A model generated the notes under the pieces. It saw only the letters and a list, made by a program, of their open reading frames with translations, was not told the DNA's origin and ran no database searches. The position numbers were made by a program, and so were the translations under genes. 64,000 bases of DNA from Hyaloraphidium curvatum SAG 235-1. Taxonomy: Eukaryota; Fungi; Monoblepharomycota. How positions within the stretch are numbered: position 1 is the first letter of the stretch; the number at the start of each line of letters is the position of its first letter. The DNA lies in the NCBI GenBank assembly GCA_025558095.1, contig JAIVFI010000011.1, forward strand, positions 434,001 through 498,000, written 5' to 3'. Positions 63,781 through 64,000 of this stretch are shown one piece after another.

Positions 63781-64000
63781 GGATCAGTCAATCACAGAAC
63801 CATTCGAGATTCAGCAATGTTCGCAACGTCATGCGCTAAGCTACCTTCCGGTACATTGCAACGCGCACGGCGGTCCCCAACGAGATTTGAGCCGGTCGGG
63901 GCCGCGATCGTCAAGCGCCTGCCACATTGCACTTTCCGGGTCGTCGGCGTCCATAGGCCGCTGTCTGGCGATGGAGACCTGGTCGGTTTGCTTCTCGACG

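Noticed and set aside
63780-64000. Possible terminal inverted repeat or transposon right end for the Fanzor element
   Set aside because: No convincing TIR or target-site duplication partner is visible in the window; the end cannot be set without other copies.

Overview
Gene-dense, GC-rich eukaryotic DNA with many short (about 50-60 nt) spliceosomal introns and CTGAC/CTAAC branch points. The gene content (fungal-type ACC1 and BLI-3, plus gamma-SNAP, exportin-4, WTAP, GSKIP, CEP70 and GCP4) suggests an early-diverging, chytrid-like fungus (inference). About 30 protein-coding loci are recognisable: GRASP, RPL5 (with an intronic snR60/SNORD80 C/D snoRNA), POL1, CEP70-like, Est1/SMG-PIN, DUF2252, BLI-3, a divergent H3/H4 pair, AOS1, CEP126-like, ACC1, ECH1, RAD14, DENND11, MMS2, CSN5, GCP4, gamma-SNAP, CWC24, an RSF1-like PHD protein, a 5'-truncated bacterial-type GH13, a GliK-like GGCT, CCA1, GSKIP, NNF1, a divergent kinase, XPO4 and WTAP. 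The most notable signal is at the right end (about 62.6-63.8 kb). It is an intron-containing, degenerate Fanzor/TnpB-like RuvC locus that the ORF track does not reveal because it needs splicing, followed directly by a hairpin-rich segment that is a candidate omega-RNA. Family assignments come from motif recognition by eye; no searches were run.
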